Part shown: positions 35,600 to 53,961 of the stretch, piece after piece | How the letters are laid out: the number at the start of each line of letters is the position of its first letter | Numbering within the stretch: the first letter of the stretch is position 1 | Source of the DNA: Geosiphon pyriformis uo1 | Taxonomy: Eukaryota > Fungi > Glomeromycota | Assembly (NCBI GenBank): GCA_016748015.1 | Contig: JAAOMT010000718.1 | Span: forward strand, 434,001-498,000 | Length of the DNA stretch: 64,000 bases | Direction: 5' to 3' | Notes under the pieces: model-generated | Database searches by the model: none | Seen by the model: the letters and a program-made list of their open reading frames with translations, nothing else | Told to the model about the DNA's origin: nothing | Program-made: the position numbers and the translations under genes

Positions 35600-37070
35600 A
35601 AAATACTTTTAAAACCAAATTAATTAATTTTTTTAATTATATAGTTTTTTAATAATATTGTTATTTAAATACATAATCAAATATAATTTGTTTTTTAATT
35701 ACTTAATTTAATTGCTATTAAAGATATATTAATATTATTTTTAAAAAACTTTTAATATTATTATTATAATTAAAATTAATATTTTTTAAAAAATTGTATT
35801 TAATAAAAAACTTTTAATTATTAATATTGTTATAAATATTGTTATTAATATTAAAGTTTAAATTATTGATTTATAAATTATTAATTATATTTAAATTATT
35901 TTGTTAAATTGATTTTTTATGTTTAAATTATTAATTTATTAATTATTTTTTATTTTATTATAATAAAAATAAATTTTAAATTCGAATTATATTTTAAAAA
36001 ACCAGTTATATAAGTTAATTTATTTAATTAAAATTTTAATAAAGTTTGTTAATATTTTAGGTTTTTTAATAATATAATTTTTTAGATTGGTAATTATATT
36101 TGTTTTATTTTCTATTTTCTTGATTTTTATTGTTATTAATACTTTATTGTTATAATATTTGGTTTTTATGAGTTTTTAAATCTTATTGTTATTAAACCTA
36201 ATATTTTATACAAATATTGTATTTGGTAAAAAACTTTTGAATATTATTATTATTACAAATATTAGAATTTAAACTATTTATTTACTAATTATATAATGTT
36301 TTTTTTTCTATTTATTAAAATGTCTCTTAAGTTTATTGTTAACTCCAAGTTTTTTGTGTTATCTTTTATTAATAATAGAATATATATTATAGTTTCTGTT
36401 TCTTTGGGTTTTTTTTTATTGCTTTTTTTATTGTTTTTGCTGCTAATTCTATTGTTAAGTTTAAATTAGATTTTTTAAAATCTCAAATTTTAAGTTTGGT
36501 TGTTTTAATTAAATTATTATTGAACTTATTAATTTTTTGATTACTTTAATTATTATTTTTTTGAATAATAATAATAATAAGGTTTTTTAAGTAAAAAAAA
36601 TTTGTTTTTATAAAAAGTATTATTAATAATTTTTCTAATTTTTTAATTAATGTTTTTAAAAATATTTTTGTTATAGATCTAAAATAAATTTTGGTAAAAT
36701 AGACTATAATAAAATACTGGCTGCTAAGTCTTTTTTTTTAAGTAAAGTTATAATTAAGTATATTATTGTTTTATAATATATATTAGATGCTAAAACCAGA
36801 AGTAGTATTAAGACAATTAAATTGTTTCTTAATAAGTTTATTTTTAATTCTAAAAATTTAAATGATATTATTAAAAAAATTAATAAGTTGAGTTTATTTT
36901 TAGCTTTTTTTGTTTCAATATAGTGTTGTCTTAATTGGCTCAACTGGCTGGTTATGTATAGAAAACACATGATTTATACTTAATTTAGATTATTTAATTT
37001 AATGTATTATATTAGACTATAATTAGATATTGCTTATTAAATTATATAAAAAATAAAAATAAAAATAAAT
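35600..37070 (+). mobile_element. Ghost ORF1-only element with LINE-type tail and poly(A)
   Basis: Knuckle spacing is preserved at 36251-36292. An ORF1-like C-terminus ends in tag at ~36921-36923, followed by a tail (tagtgttgtcttaattggctcaactggctggttatgtatagaaaacacatgatttatacttaatttagat) matching the reverse complement of 62225-62301 and an A-rich end at ~37048-37070. Confidence 0.65.
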
Positions 37071-37771
37071 TTTTAATGAATAATAATATATTTAAATATT
37101 GTAAAAGTTGATATTAAATCTAATATTAAAAGACTCATATTTGAATAAGTAAATTTGTCTTAAAAAATAAGAATTTAAATTTCTTTATTTGTAAATTAAG
37201 TAGATTAAAACTGTTTTCAGTTTTTTAATTAACATAATATTGTCTTAATATAAGTTAAGATGACTACATGTTAAAATTGCATAATTTACAGTTATAGAAA
37301 CTACCTAGTTAAAGGACTTGATTTTGTTAAAGCTAATAATAAAAGAATAATAAATAAAATACAGTATATATACAAATAAAAATCTAAAGATAAACAATTT
37401 ATTAATAGATTATGAATATTAATTAATTAACGGAAAATTAAATTTAAAAAAAAAAAACATTTTAACTTTTAATTGTTAAACCCAATTTTTGTAACCTTAT
37501 TTTTTGCCATTTTTTTTTTAAGATTAGCCTCGATTTTGATAAAAGTGTTTTTAATGAATGTGCGCGTGGCTTTCAAAGAAGAAAAAGCAACTTAGAATGT
37601 CTCAATGAATCCAAACACAACCATAGTAAATTTAATACTAGCCGTTTACGCAGTTCGTGTAACTTTTGCCGCGTATAATACAAATTTCTTCCAAACTCGC
37701 TAATTCTAGAATATTGACCTCAAGGAATTACTCAAAACAAACTCTTGACACCTCAGTTTTTACAACCCAAC

Positions 37772-39710
37772 ATGGCTATTCCGACCTTTAACGACATTAC
37801 GAAAGAAAATCTCGTGTCTCAACAGCTTGTTATCAAACACGTACTAAGTCGTGCAAAATTTATTGCTCTCGACACTGAATTTTCTGGGCTCGGCAACCCC
37901 AAAGCTGATGGGTTTTACCTCTCGTAAGTCACGAGGAAAAATCCAAAAGAGAATTCGTTTATTTGTTTTTACTGTTTTATAAAACAGAAACCTCGAGGAA
38001 CGATACGTCAATATGTGCAAGTCTGTCAGATCTCATGCTCTCCTTTCGTTTGGAATTACGGCCTTTGAAGAAGTGCGAAACGCGACATACGAACAAGAAG
38101 AGTCTGGATCCGCAATTGACCCCCAAGAACTAAATTGGACGAAAACAGCAAAGACTGCGACAAACGAAATGGAAGGACCGAGAAAACACTCTAACTTGTT
38201 AGAAACTCAATTGAATGTTCATAATTTTGAATTCACTATGTTTTCACAGGTACTCAACTCCTCGCTTTTACAAAATAGCTACCTTGTCTGACTGATAAAG
38301 TCAGAATACATTTATTGTGTCTAATATTTTTTGTCGTGCTATTCCTAATCATAATACCTTTAGACCGAATATGTGGTCACGCCAGACAGTCTTGCATTCT
38401 TGCTGGAGAATGGGTTTGATTTTAACAAACAGATTCGCCAAGGAATCCCATATTTCCCTGGAGCCGATAAGGTATTAACGGCTAAAACATTTATATAAAA
38501 TTTTATAAATCCAAACTTTCAAATAACTGTTTGTCTCTAAGATCGAGAAGGGACCCGACGCTCAATATAACTCAATAATGCGATCGATCTTCAACTATAT
38601 ACTCACTTTGAATGTCCCAATCGTACTTCACAATGGCTTTCTCGACCTACTTTATATTTACTATTCTTTTTACGCTGAACTGCCGGAGGACTTGAATACC
38701 CTTGTCTGTGATTTGAGCGAAATGTTTCCAGGGGGTATCTACGATACCAGGCTTATTGCAGAGGAATCAAAGGATAACCCTAAATTCTTGGGTTATCTTT
38801 TTCGAAAGTGAGATATCTCACATACTTTTTTAACGCGCCTCATCACTTTTAGGATTATTAAAAATATTTATTTGCCAGATACGAACGGGAACAAGCAGAG
38901 CGACGATTAACTGGCACAAAAACCTTTATCTCGATGAAACATCAAAATCGCCTGCCTATCCTTGTATCTGCCAAAAAAAGAGGAAGAGAGGAAGAGGAAG
39001 AGGAAGAGTCATTTAACTTGGTGGATGAGAGAAAGTTTGCAAATGGAGACGAGGAACCTTACTGCGTCGATTTCGCCGTAAGTTGGATTTTTAAATGGAT
39101 TATTTGTCATTCTCAAACCTCAAATTTTTATTTATTCAATTATATTCAGACTAAAGGTTATTGCAAAAAAAAAATGAAATGTGGTAAATCCCACGACTTG
39201 GACTTAATCCTGGATCATCATACCGGAAAGTTGCCTCTGCAAAAAAAGCGCAAGATCCAGGGAAACTCCAAGTCAAAAAATACACATATGCGCTTTCCGA
39301 CACCAATTATCAATTTAGCGAATGAACCTCTTAAGCCGGTGGAAATTGATTTGATGGATCAAAAAAATCAAACAACCGCTATTTGTTCCTTACAGGCCAC
39401 TCAAATTCCCTTACAAATCGAACATTCCCAAAATGTCGCCAGTCACAACGCCCATATTGCCAGTACTGATGTCATCAATGGTGATTCCGACGCTAGGTGG
39501 CCCCATATGGCCTTTTATGACGCCTATATGACTGGTTACATCTTTGCTCGGCATTTGATCATGAACGCTCCTCAAGACATACTCACTCTTCATAAAAATA
39601 AAGTGTATATAATTGGCAAAAATATACCATTGTTGATAGAAAAAAGTAATTTCAGCAAAACAAGCACTGGTCATCAGGCCAAGCGCAACGACGCTTGTCA
39701 AAAGGAGTAA
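37772..39710 (+). CDS. TOE1: TOE1-like CAF1/DEDD 3' exonuclease with CCCH zinc finger (multi-exon)
   Basis: FIALDTEFSGLG, HNGFLDL, IYDTR, C-x-FA..GYC....CGKSHD finger, HMAFYDAYMTG and NKVYIIGKNIPL..KSNFSKTS. Confidence 0.85.
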
Positions 39711-39817
39711 GTCATTCAAGACTTGGATTTCTTTATTTTTGACTGATTCATTTCTTTAAATTCATACTTTTTTACTGATAAATAGCAGATTTTTTTTGAT
39801 GAAACCCAAATTATGAA

Positions 39818-41777
<1,960 letters not shown>

Positions 41778-41883
41778 GTTGCTGGCAGAATGTTACGTTT
41801 TTAAAATTTTCGGTTTCGTTTTGCAACAAGCAAAGCGAGATATAGATCTAGCACGTGATATGAAGCTTGTTGATAATCATCGC

Positions 41884-43423
41884 ATGACTGTATCAAGACT
41901 TTCGGCTATGAATACCATCGAATCGGAAACCTGCCCTTTTACTCTCGTATTGTCGGACGAAGAGACAAGATCATTAGAAACTGGTAAAAGACAGTTTCTG
42001 GCCAAGGAGAAAACTTAATTTTTTGAGTTTCCCAGTTAATTTTTATTTGTCAAAGTCGATGTCTATGTTTCTGACATAGAACCCAAAGAAACTGGGCGTG
42101 CAATAAAGTACGAAAAGATGAATATTTTAATTCAAATGCGTCGAGTATTAAAATTCGTTTCAAAATAGATTTATTCGAACCAAATGTCCTTCATCCAAGG
42201 ATTTGGAACATGCGAAATCTATCAAGAGGATGCCTCTCAATGGTGATGTTTGGATTGCCAAAAATTTTTAATCATCGCACCTAAATTCATTTCCCAAGCT
42301 TATTTAACAATTGTCTCCCTTATCGTTTCTTGATCATAAGATGGTGGATTCACGCTTACTATTATCCTTTGTCCTACATCTTTGATCACTTTCCAAGATC
42401 TAGAAGCTTTAATCCGGTCAAATGGGCTAGATAAAGTATTATCGCCACGTACTGAAAAGATCTCGAAATATCCACCCTATACCAAGGCACAGTTTGAGGA
42501 GTGGAGACGATTATGGCCGTTGAATTTTCGAGAAAATCCCAAAAGGTCTATTTTTTACTCAATAGAAAATTTTGGCAATTCATATCGGTTCAAGTTTTTT
42601 TTGTATTCCCATATTTAATACAATAAACATCAATTAAATAACAGCGTAATCAATCTCAACAAAAAAGATATTGAAAAATACAATGGCTATATGAATAAAG
42701 CCATAGAACTGGCCGCGGAGGCAAAAATAAAAGGAGAGGTGATTTTAAATTTTGCCATACTTTAATCACTTGATAGGATTATTTCATGGGCATTCAGCAT
42801 ATTTTACATCAAATTTCACCTCGCTTCATTAATAGGAGCCAATTGGTTGTCTTATAATAGATCCAAATAATGATACGATTTTCGCGGAATCTCACGACAC
42901 ACGTGTTGAAACCTCTCATCCGCTTCGTCATGCTCTTTTGAACTGTATTAATCACATTGGCGATCGGGAGAAATCGTTAAATGCAAAAAATTCAGAAGAC
43001 CAGGAATATTTTGCCCCTCTACCACAAAAGAGAAAAGTGGAAGAAATCAAATATGAAGAAAATAATTTTCAAGAGTCGAACATTAAGATCAATAAGTCTA
43101 AGGCTCCAGCCTCTGTATATTTATGTAAAGGCTATGATGTATTTTTGACGCACGAGCCTTGCATAATGTAGGTGTTGCTTGTTATAGATTTTGTCCCAAC
43201 TAAACAAAAATCATTTGATTTAAATTAATTCTATTAATCTAGGTGTTCCATGGCATTGGTTCACTCTCGTATTAGTCGAGTTTTCTACGGAAAGATCAGT
43301 CCGAATTCGGGTGGTTTAGGCTCACTTTACAAACTTCATACCCATACAGTTCTCAACCATCATTTTCAAGTGTTCAAATGGGATGATGATCAAAAAATTG
43401 AATCTCTCTTAATAGATTGTTGA
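41884..43423 (+). CDS. TAD3: tRNA adenosine-34 deaminase non-catalytic subunit (Tad3/ADAT3), multi-exon
   Basis: HPLRHAL (catalytic Glu replaced), [32 protein letters not shown] and LNHHFQVF. Alternative in-frame ATG at 41860. Confidence 0.92.
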
Positions 43424-43592
43424 GTATGATTTGAAAGAAATACTTTTCGAAGCCATCAAACCCAATATCACGAGATGTGAAACCCTTTATACCAAAAACA
43501 CGTGAAACTCTTTGTTTACGTATTTATTTAAGATCAGCAGAAATTATCTATATAGAGGTTAAAATTTATTCATGTAAAAAAAAACAACCATA

Positions 43593-44195
43593 ATGGCGGA
43601 ATGGTTAGAATGGAATATTGTAAGTGAGTGAAAACTCAATTCCACTTATATTTATAATTCACCCTTATGATAATTCATTTAGGATTTTGAAGGCCAAAAG
43701 CTTGCAGAATATGTTTACCAAATCACGGTTGTCACATTTGCGGTCAGTTTATCCTTTTGCTAACACTCTATTGCCTGTACTTTGAAAGTTGATAACTTCA
43801 GTCTTGCTTGTGTCATTTTATGTACTGGTAGGCAATTGGTTTTGGCGTGGGATTCTATCTTCAATCATTGGAAATTACTTTGCAAATTTATGCTATCGGT
43901 GTAGTCTTGTCAGCATTGGTAATTGTTTTATTTTCTCATTTTTTTCAGTTCTTTGTACACTCTTGATATCGGAGAATGTATTGGAAAAGTGAAATCTGGA
44001 TTCAAACAAGCGAAGATTGAAACTGTACAAGTTTTAGATTCAAAAAAGATATTTCATATATTTACTTTTTTGTCACCCGTTTTTATTATTTTGCAGTTGG
44101 TTTTGCCACCTTGGCCTTTCTATAATTCACACCCTGTTCAATGGTTAGCTGAAAAACCGATTGAGGAAAATACACGGAGCGAAAAAAAACCCTAG
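43593..44195 (+). CDS. SPC1: Signal peptidase complex subunit 1 (SPC12/SPCS1), 4 exons
   Basis: The spliced product MAEWLEWNI|DFEGQKLAE...|AIGFGVGFYLQSL...|LVLPPWPFYNSHPVQWL carries the family motifs DFEGQ and PPWP.Y..HP..W. Confidence 0.92.
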
Positions 44196-44416
44196 GACTT
44201 TCTACTCCAAAGTATTGATATATTACAAATAGTCAATCAACATCACCTATTTAAGTTGATGAAATTATATTTATAATGGGAATTTAAATTAATAGAAAAC
44301 CCAAGACTTTTATTGACGATTCTGGTAAAAACTTCCGAATCTAGAAAATTGTGAATTAGTGATAAAAATACCAATATTTGAATAAATACCTGATGTTCGC
44401 CGCTCGCCTGTTCCCT

Positions 44417-44885
44417 TTTTTAAACTCTTACAAAGAGCGTAGCAATCCCTAGAGACACAAGATAAACCCGCAACTAAATAAATCGGATAAAGTATCGAAA
44501 ATGAGAAATTTGGATTGCTTTACCTTCACTACCACGAGTCAATATAGGTGAGCCTGAAGCATCAAGTAGATGACTCGGTGAAATCGCTACAAATGAAAAA
44601 TGCCAATTCACTACGATCATTCGGAGCATTGAATGCAAATTAGTTTTTTAATTACCGCCTAGGATTAACTAATTTGAATAAAATCCCTATTAGTGATTAT
44701 GAAAAGTGAGCAGGAAAACTCCAACTTATCAATATTGGTATCAGCAAAAGCTTTCATTTACCTCGATGATACCGATCCAAGAGAGCTTCAATCTAGATTT
44801 AGCCAAAACGTCCCGAATCGCGAGAACAGGTCCGACTTTTATGATTTTAGGTGCAATAGGAATTAACCCATGTTGATTTGCAGCT
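44417..44885 (-). pseudogene. Degenerate thiolase (acetyl-CoA acyltransferase) C-terminal fragment with retained introns
   Basis: APKIIKVGPVLAIRDVLAKSRLKLSWIGIIEVNE(AF), LVNP.G, SHLLDASG (GHPLGASG-like) and GIATLFVRE. Frameshifted, with the N-terminal part missing. Confidence 0.65.
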
Positions 44886-46082
44886 AGAGACAACAAATAA
44901 TTTTTGTTTTAAGGAAAAAAGATGTGAATTAAAAAAATTATTATTCATATATTTAATTTATTTTAAAATGATAAAATTTGGGAAAGTAAAATTATTTGAG
45001 TACATAATTAATATTGATATTAAATAAACATTATTTATAAATATAAGACTTTTTGGTAAACTTAATTCAAATCAAACAAAATTTATTTGACTTGATATTC
45101 TATAACAATGTGTGCTATTTAGCAGCAATAAAGTGTTTGTATATATGGGTTTGGTAAAAAAAATGATTTAAAAATATTATGAAAAGTTTTTTAAGAAAAC
45201 TAAAAATTTGTGCAAATGTTTTTGATTGGTTACAAAGAAAATTTGGTTGTCAATGTTAAAAATAAGAGCAAAATTTAAGAAAAATAATTTAATATATGCT
45301 GTATAAACTTGATGTTAAGCGTTATAATATTATTTTAATAATTAAAATAGAATTAAAATAAAGCATTCAAGTTTTTTTGGTCTATATAATAAGCTAAAAA
45401 AAAATTTTTGTATTTTTTTTTGCCAAGTGTGTTTTTACAAATGGTAATAATAATAATAATAATACAATTAATTGTGTATAATATTATTTTTAATTGGTTT
45501 AAATACTAGTTATAAAAAAAACATAAGCTGTATTTATTATAAAATATTTAATTTTATATTTTTAGATAGCAGTCGAGTTTTATTTGTAAAGCATTTAAAA
45601 ATAATAGCAACAAATAAATTAACAAAAAACACAAATATTTTATTTAATTCATTAACAATTAATTAATATTATTAAAAAATTATGTAAAAATATAATATGT
45701 TAATTAAATTATATATATATATATATTAAATAAATTTTGATTTGAAAAAAAATACACTTAAATAAATATTTCGAAATTAATAAAAATTTATAAAAAATTA
45801 TATTAATTCACAATTAATTAATGAACTTCCAATTTTTATAAAACTAAAAGGATGTGTAGAGAAAGCATGATATAATTAAATAGCAATAAAAAATTAAAAT
45901 TTACTTTAAATTCTAAATTAATTTTATTATATATGTAAATTTTGACGGTTATAACTACCAAATATTCAATTTTGAATTTATGTCATCTGGTTTTTTAACT
46001 TTCGTTGCTCAAATATTAATTTTTTATGATCTGTTAGAAATTAAAATAGTGCAGATCAATTCAAATTTTCAAATTTTCAAAA

Positions 46083-47982
<1,900 letters not shown>

Positions 47983-48276
47983 CCACTATTCCATTAACCA
48001 AACGAAGACTTTTATTTTGAGGTTAATGATTGGGCTATCGTCACTGAGTATCATTGTTAAACAATTTTGTAATGCTGCAGAATTAGAAGCGGATTTTGAA
48101 TTCAACAGCCGATGGTCTTAACGTTTAAAACCCATCAGATATCTTACAACCCCTATTATTTGAGGTGTTCAACAAGGTATCACTACACTACATGATTTTA
48201 TTTTGGTTCTATCTCGTAAAACTGATACACTCGAACACCAGTATATGTCGTTTTTTTTTTCATTTTATGAGGATCT

Positions 48277-50088
48277 TTAATGATTTATTCGATTCATTTC
48301 GGCTTGTTTGCGGTTTGCTCTCACACTGATCAGATACTTTTTAAACCCGTTGATCAAATGTTCGACGCCCGGATACTCGACGTCAAAAATCTTGAATCCT
48401 TCAGGAGTGATTTTGCCAAACTGTAAAAAAAAAGTTGGGCAATCAGGAATATCAAAATTGAACAAATACTTGTTTCACAATATCAAACAAAAAGAAATCA
48501 TTATAATTACGTATGGATAAAGCGATTCATTTTGTTTGAATTTCACCCCCATAATGAAATTTCCTGGCCTTTGTCGATCAAGACAAATACCGTAAGGTGT
48601 TTGTTGAGGATTAGCTCTCATTAACGTATCACAGTGTTGAGCTGAAAAAATAATCAGGTTATGAATCAATATAGGGGATTGTTTTTGTTGTGCAACTTAA
48701 AAATATAACAATTGAGGGATTACCTAGTTCGTCAATGGTGCCCTTAAATTTAACATTTGTTTTAAGTTCTTGCATTTTTCGTATGGAAGCTTCAACATGG
48801 GAAACTATAACTTCATCAATATCGGAATACTCATATGGCCCAACTTTCAAAATGGGGTTCTTATCACCTCTGGTGACTTCCTCAACATCTAAAAAAAAAA
48901 AAGATTTAAAATTGTGATTATTATATATGTGAATCTTTTCGTTACAAAGTATTAAAGGTCTTTCTCACCGATATGTTGATATAGATTCTCGTCTACTTTC
49001 CAAGTGATGATAATATGGTCATAGCCTCGTGAAGATGGACGTATAATAAATTCCCCAATTTGCTTATCGGCTAATTCTTGCTCTGCCTGAGCGGAGTTAA
49101 CCTTAAGATATAGTGGGTGATCAATGTGTCGAATCTTTACACGTTGTACGGGGCGTCGAGCGACTATATACAATCATTTTGATTTTAGGAAATTTAAGAG
49201 TGGGAATTTTAAAAATTAATACAATCAATTTTAACACTTTGTATCAAAAGCAAGAAGACAATAATGATACCTATTTGAGCTTGAAAGCTTTGAGATGCTG
49301 CATCATCAAAGAAAGGATCTCTTGCCTCTCTGGATCTAGCTTCGCTAATGTTTTTGGACGTCTGAATATGATCCGGACGACATGATAATTCGACTTGGAA
49401 TTTTCTGGCATCGATACGCAATACAGTACAATCAAGGGTTTGATCTTTATTCAGGACCTGTCGTGCATCGGAAACTTGAAGGTTGGGATCAGCAATATTG
49501 TTTATCCCAATTATGGCATCAATACCAGATAGGAGTCGAGCTTTGGCGTAACTGGATTCCACGCGATACACTTGTGCTGATACAATGAGATCAGCATAGA
49601 GCGTTTCTTTGGTTTCCTTTGTAATAAGTTCAAATGTTTGGTTCACTGTAAGTTCAGGAAATTCCCGACGAAGATCTTGATATGGATGCATCAATTCCTT
49701 CCTGATGTTATAAAGGGTGATTTTCCGAGGCAGGCCATAAATTTCCTGTAACTGTTCAGCATATTCGCCTAATATAAGATCATTGAGCTTTTCATGTTGT
49801 CTCATTATTTCTAGGACACAGTATGATGTGTCTTTCCCTTCTGCCATTTCTTCAGTCTCCATATCCAGCGCATCTGCCGCCATTTTGCGGGCAAGATCAT
49901 AATCAGTCGGGTGAATTCGTGTTTTATCCAAAGGATCCGCTGCGTCATGACCAAATTTGATGAAGCTAGCACAGTTGGCAAATACTTTGTCCCCTAACAG
50001 CGTTGCATTCAATTCTTCGCGAGTACGAATTTCATCTCTCTGTTAAGATTAGAAATATGAATTTTCAATTGATAATCATTTCAATATA

Positions 50089-50133
<45 letters not shown>

Positions 50134-51022
50134 CTTTAGTATCAAATAAATGAAGCAAAAATATACCTCATCGTGCATTAATGTTCGCATTTTTCTCAAG
50201 ATAGCCTGAGCTTTACGTGGGCCCAAACCACTGACATACTGTAATGTGTGTGCTTTATAAGGATCTTCAATAGCTTCGTAAATTTCAACTCCATTCTTGT
50301 TGACAACATTTATGATGGCACGTTCCAAGACTCGCATCAGTTTATCTTTGGGCACCTAGAAGAAAAAAAATTAGAGAATTAGGAATAAACAAGATTAAAG
50401 ATAGATTTTTAATTATAATTTTACTGACTAAATCTTTGAGAGAGTGATGCCTTATATGTAGAAGGCTTTCGCCGAGAGCGGCATATTCATTAACCGGGCT
50501 TTGTAGAAATCTAGCTAAGGAAATACAATATTGTTTTAATTGGAGAAACCCAGACCCGGCGAATTCTTCTTTATAGCGTTTAGAATTTTTGGCTAAATTG
50601 GCAACTTCATCGTTTACAGTAATTATATGAATATCGTCTAATGGAGAACGATTCTCGACGAGATCTTTAACATGGTCCCAAAGGTGTTTTGTATTGAAAT
50701 CATAACCGGCTATTGCGATTACATCAGGTTTCTTTTTATGAATGAGGGTTAGAAAGGCCTGTCGATCATTCTCGTTCTCTTTAAGATTAGTGAAAGAAGC
50801 GTGATCGGAGATTTGGCTCGAATCGTTAACGAATACACATTCAATGATGTCTTCCCTTCTGCCATGCCCGAAAGAAAGTGCAATCACTCTTGGGACTTGG
50901 TATCCTTGCCTACGCATATACGGTGTTCGGTAGGGAAGCAAATTGATTTTCTGAGTTTGAAAAAAAAAAATTATTTACGGGATTAAGATATGAGGATGAT
51001 GATGATGATGATGATGATGATG

Positions 51023-51061
<39 letters not shown>

Positions 51062-51070
51062 ATAATAATT

Positions 51071-51121
<51 letters not shown>

Positions 51122-53961
51122 GTGTTATTTCAAACAAGAATGAGTATTTCTAACCTCTTCAAGGGACTTGTAACACTCGTTGGCTACCCAGTCCTCTGCT
51201 TCATTTTGTAACTTGGAGCGAAGCCACTTTTCACAGGATGGAAGAAGAAATTTGTCAAATACGATTTGGGCAATTTCAGACCTTTGATCATTCCACCTTT
51301 CTCCGTATTCACTAACGCCATCACTCGTTAAGTAATAACGAAGCTCATCATAGAAGCCTGTGGTGTTTTCGAAAGCAATTGAAATCTTTATAAGACCGTC
51401 TGCTTCAGCCTTCAAAATCTCTAAGAATTGTCCAGTATTAGTAAAATTCTCGGCTGGTTTTCTGAGAAATTTGAATTGCTATGGTAAATGGCAATAGAAA
51501 ATCAAGATTAAGCATATAAAAAGCTTATAATAAAAGGTATTGAAATTAAAACGGGATATATTACAGAGTATTCGTGATCCTGGTGAATTTTTGAATAGCC
51601 CTTCATGGTAGGTTTCACCACGATCCAAGCATTTCGAAGAAACCAAGAGCGCGCTGCTTTTTTGACATAAGGATCATAGCCAATCTCGTACGCGAGCATG
51701 AGTTTGGCCTCTACGATGTCAATATTAGGAAAATTAATTGAAGGAGATAAAATCAAAAATGTATATTTTATAATAGTTTGAATAAAATACCATTAATCAA
51801 TCTTTTAATTTTCTCGGGATCACTAATTTCATTGTTGGTTGCTCTCAAAAAATCTTGAGCAACCTCTTCAACAAACTGACTTGGATCTTGGGGAAAATGT
51901 AATTTGTTTCGAAAATATAAACCTTTGGCAAAAGCCTGAGTGTCGATACCAAATTTCTGTGAAATAGAATTAGGATTCATTAAGAATCTGATAACATGAA
52001 TTGAATAATAATAATAATAATAATAATATATTACACTAACCTTTGCGAATAATGAAATCCCACTTTTTTTAAAATTTCCATATTCTACCCTACGTCTTGG
52101 AAGGTTTCGCTCAGACCTACCAAATCCTTGAAAAGAATACATAAGGTTAACGTACTCGCTAATATCATAGAGTTCTTCAATTAGCTCTGCTTGTGATATG
52201 AGTTGATCCACATAAGAGTCTTGAATGTCCTGTCTTGACAAAGAAATTTTCAATTTTTCTCGGGCCTCAATGAAGGCTCGGTATTTAAGATCAAGGTCAT
52301 AAATTGTCCAAAGATCATCTAATGTAAGAATCTCGCTATAAATAAGGGTTTGAAGATCAATAGTGGCAATATTGTCTTGACATTGGGAATAAATATATGG
52401 AACCTCAAAAAATTCTTGACTCAAATGTGTCAAAACTTTTTTGATGGAGCTTTTGAGGATTTGTTCATCGGGAAGGTTGGATTTCCGCAAAAACTTTTTC
52501 ACAAAACGCGTTTCTTCCTCGATTTCAGCATCTGTTAATTTTCTGAGCGAATCAACGCCCTCTCGTAGCTGAAAATGGAATTTGAAAGAAATGAGTTCAT
52601 GTTGATATTATAATGGAATTTGAAAGAATGAGTTCATGTTGATAAGAAATTGAAAGAAATAAGTTCAGGTTGATGTTTTAATAAAATTTCCAAAAGCACA
52701 AGAATTACCTGCATCCTTTCTGGGATATCAGTTTGTCGGATTAATTCATCAGCATCAGTTAACATTCGTTCTTTGAGCTCACTTGGCTCAAAAACCTGGT
52801 TATGAATGAAAAATGTAAACGATGATGGTTTTTTCATATTATGGTTAAAAGCAAAATAGACCTACATCTTTAAAGTCGGTAATTTCTTTTTCCCCAGATT
52901 CTTCATCCTATAATTGGAATGAATTGAATTATTCATCATGTGGATTAAATTGGGATATTTGACTTGAGATATTTGTCAAATGAAACAATATATCTATTAC
53001 AAGTTCCATCGCCCATTCGTATTGTGTATCGTCCCCAAAAATTTCCCACCAAGTTGCCTTGTTCCTGAAGAAAGAAAAGAAAAGAAAAGAAACATTAATA
53101 TCAAATTTAAACATTGTCCGAAATATCATGAATTCAATTGGGGTAAATACTCTTCAGATACCGAATCACGAGCAGAAGTGGTATAATTTTTAGGTCTACG
53201 GTCTGCAAGGGTTTCTGGTTGAGTAGGATATTCTCCGTCTTCATCGTCATCGACCACAAATTGAGACAGATCATCGTTCATTGGTTCATCAACCACTTCT
53301 TCCTCGTCAAAAATGCGTGAAATATCATTTCGGTGAGGTTCCTCGTGGCGACCACGACCACGTTTAATTCTTTTAAATGTTTTCTTGAGGGAAAAAAATA
53401 TCACATAGTTATACAATTGTTTTTGTCGCGGGAGGGGTGGAGGTTGTGAAAAAGTGAAATTAGGTCATTTTTTAAAATTACCTCGTTTCGAGTCGCTAAC
53501 TTAATACCAGTATTCTCTTCAAGAAGATCAAGGTCTTCGTCGTCGAGATCACCTATTGGAAATGAAATGGTGAACAACTATACAGTAGTAAAAGGGAATA
53601 AATTTAAGGCAAAAAAAATTTCCTGTTTACTTTCAACTCGATCTCTCTTGCGCTTCTTCTTACGATGGACCGGTTCCGGTTCATCCTCTTCCTCACTAGC
53701 TTCGTCGTCGTCTACAATAAAATCTCGGGCAACCTACAAAAAACGCGACAGAAAGTTAAAAACAGTGTTCTTGATCTTGAAAAATAAAAAAAAAAGAAAG
53801 AAAGAAATTTGGCAAGGAATTCTAACCTCTTTTGCAGCTTCCTCGTCAGTTTCTTCTTCCTCTTCTTCATCATCGTCGTTAACAGTTTCATTTTCCTCTT
53901 CTTCTTGGGCTTCGAGTTGTTGATAAGGTTCTATTTCGGGAATATTTTCCTGATTGGACAT
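48277..53961 (-). CDS. SPT6: Transcription elongation factor Spt6, many exons
   Basis: Acidic N-terminus, [26 protein letters not shown], YqgF-like region, [12 protein letters not shown] (HhH), [11 protein letters not shown]1 domain and tandem SH2 ([11 protein letters not shown]). Confidence 0.96.
50990..51120. repeat. Compound (GAT)(GTA)(ATA) microsatellite in an SPT6 intron
   Basis: Direct reading of the sequence. Confidence 0.95.
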
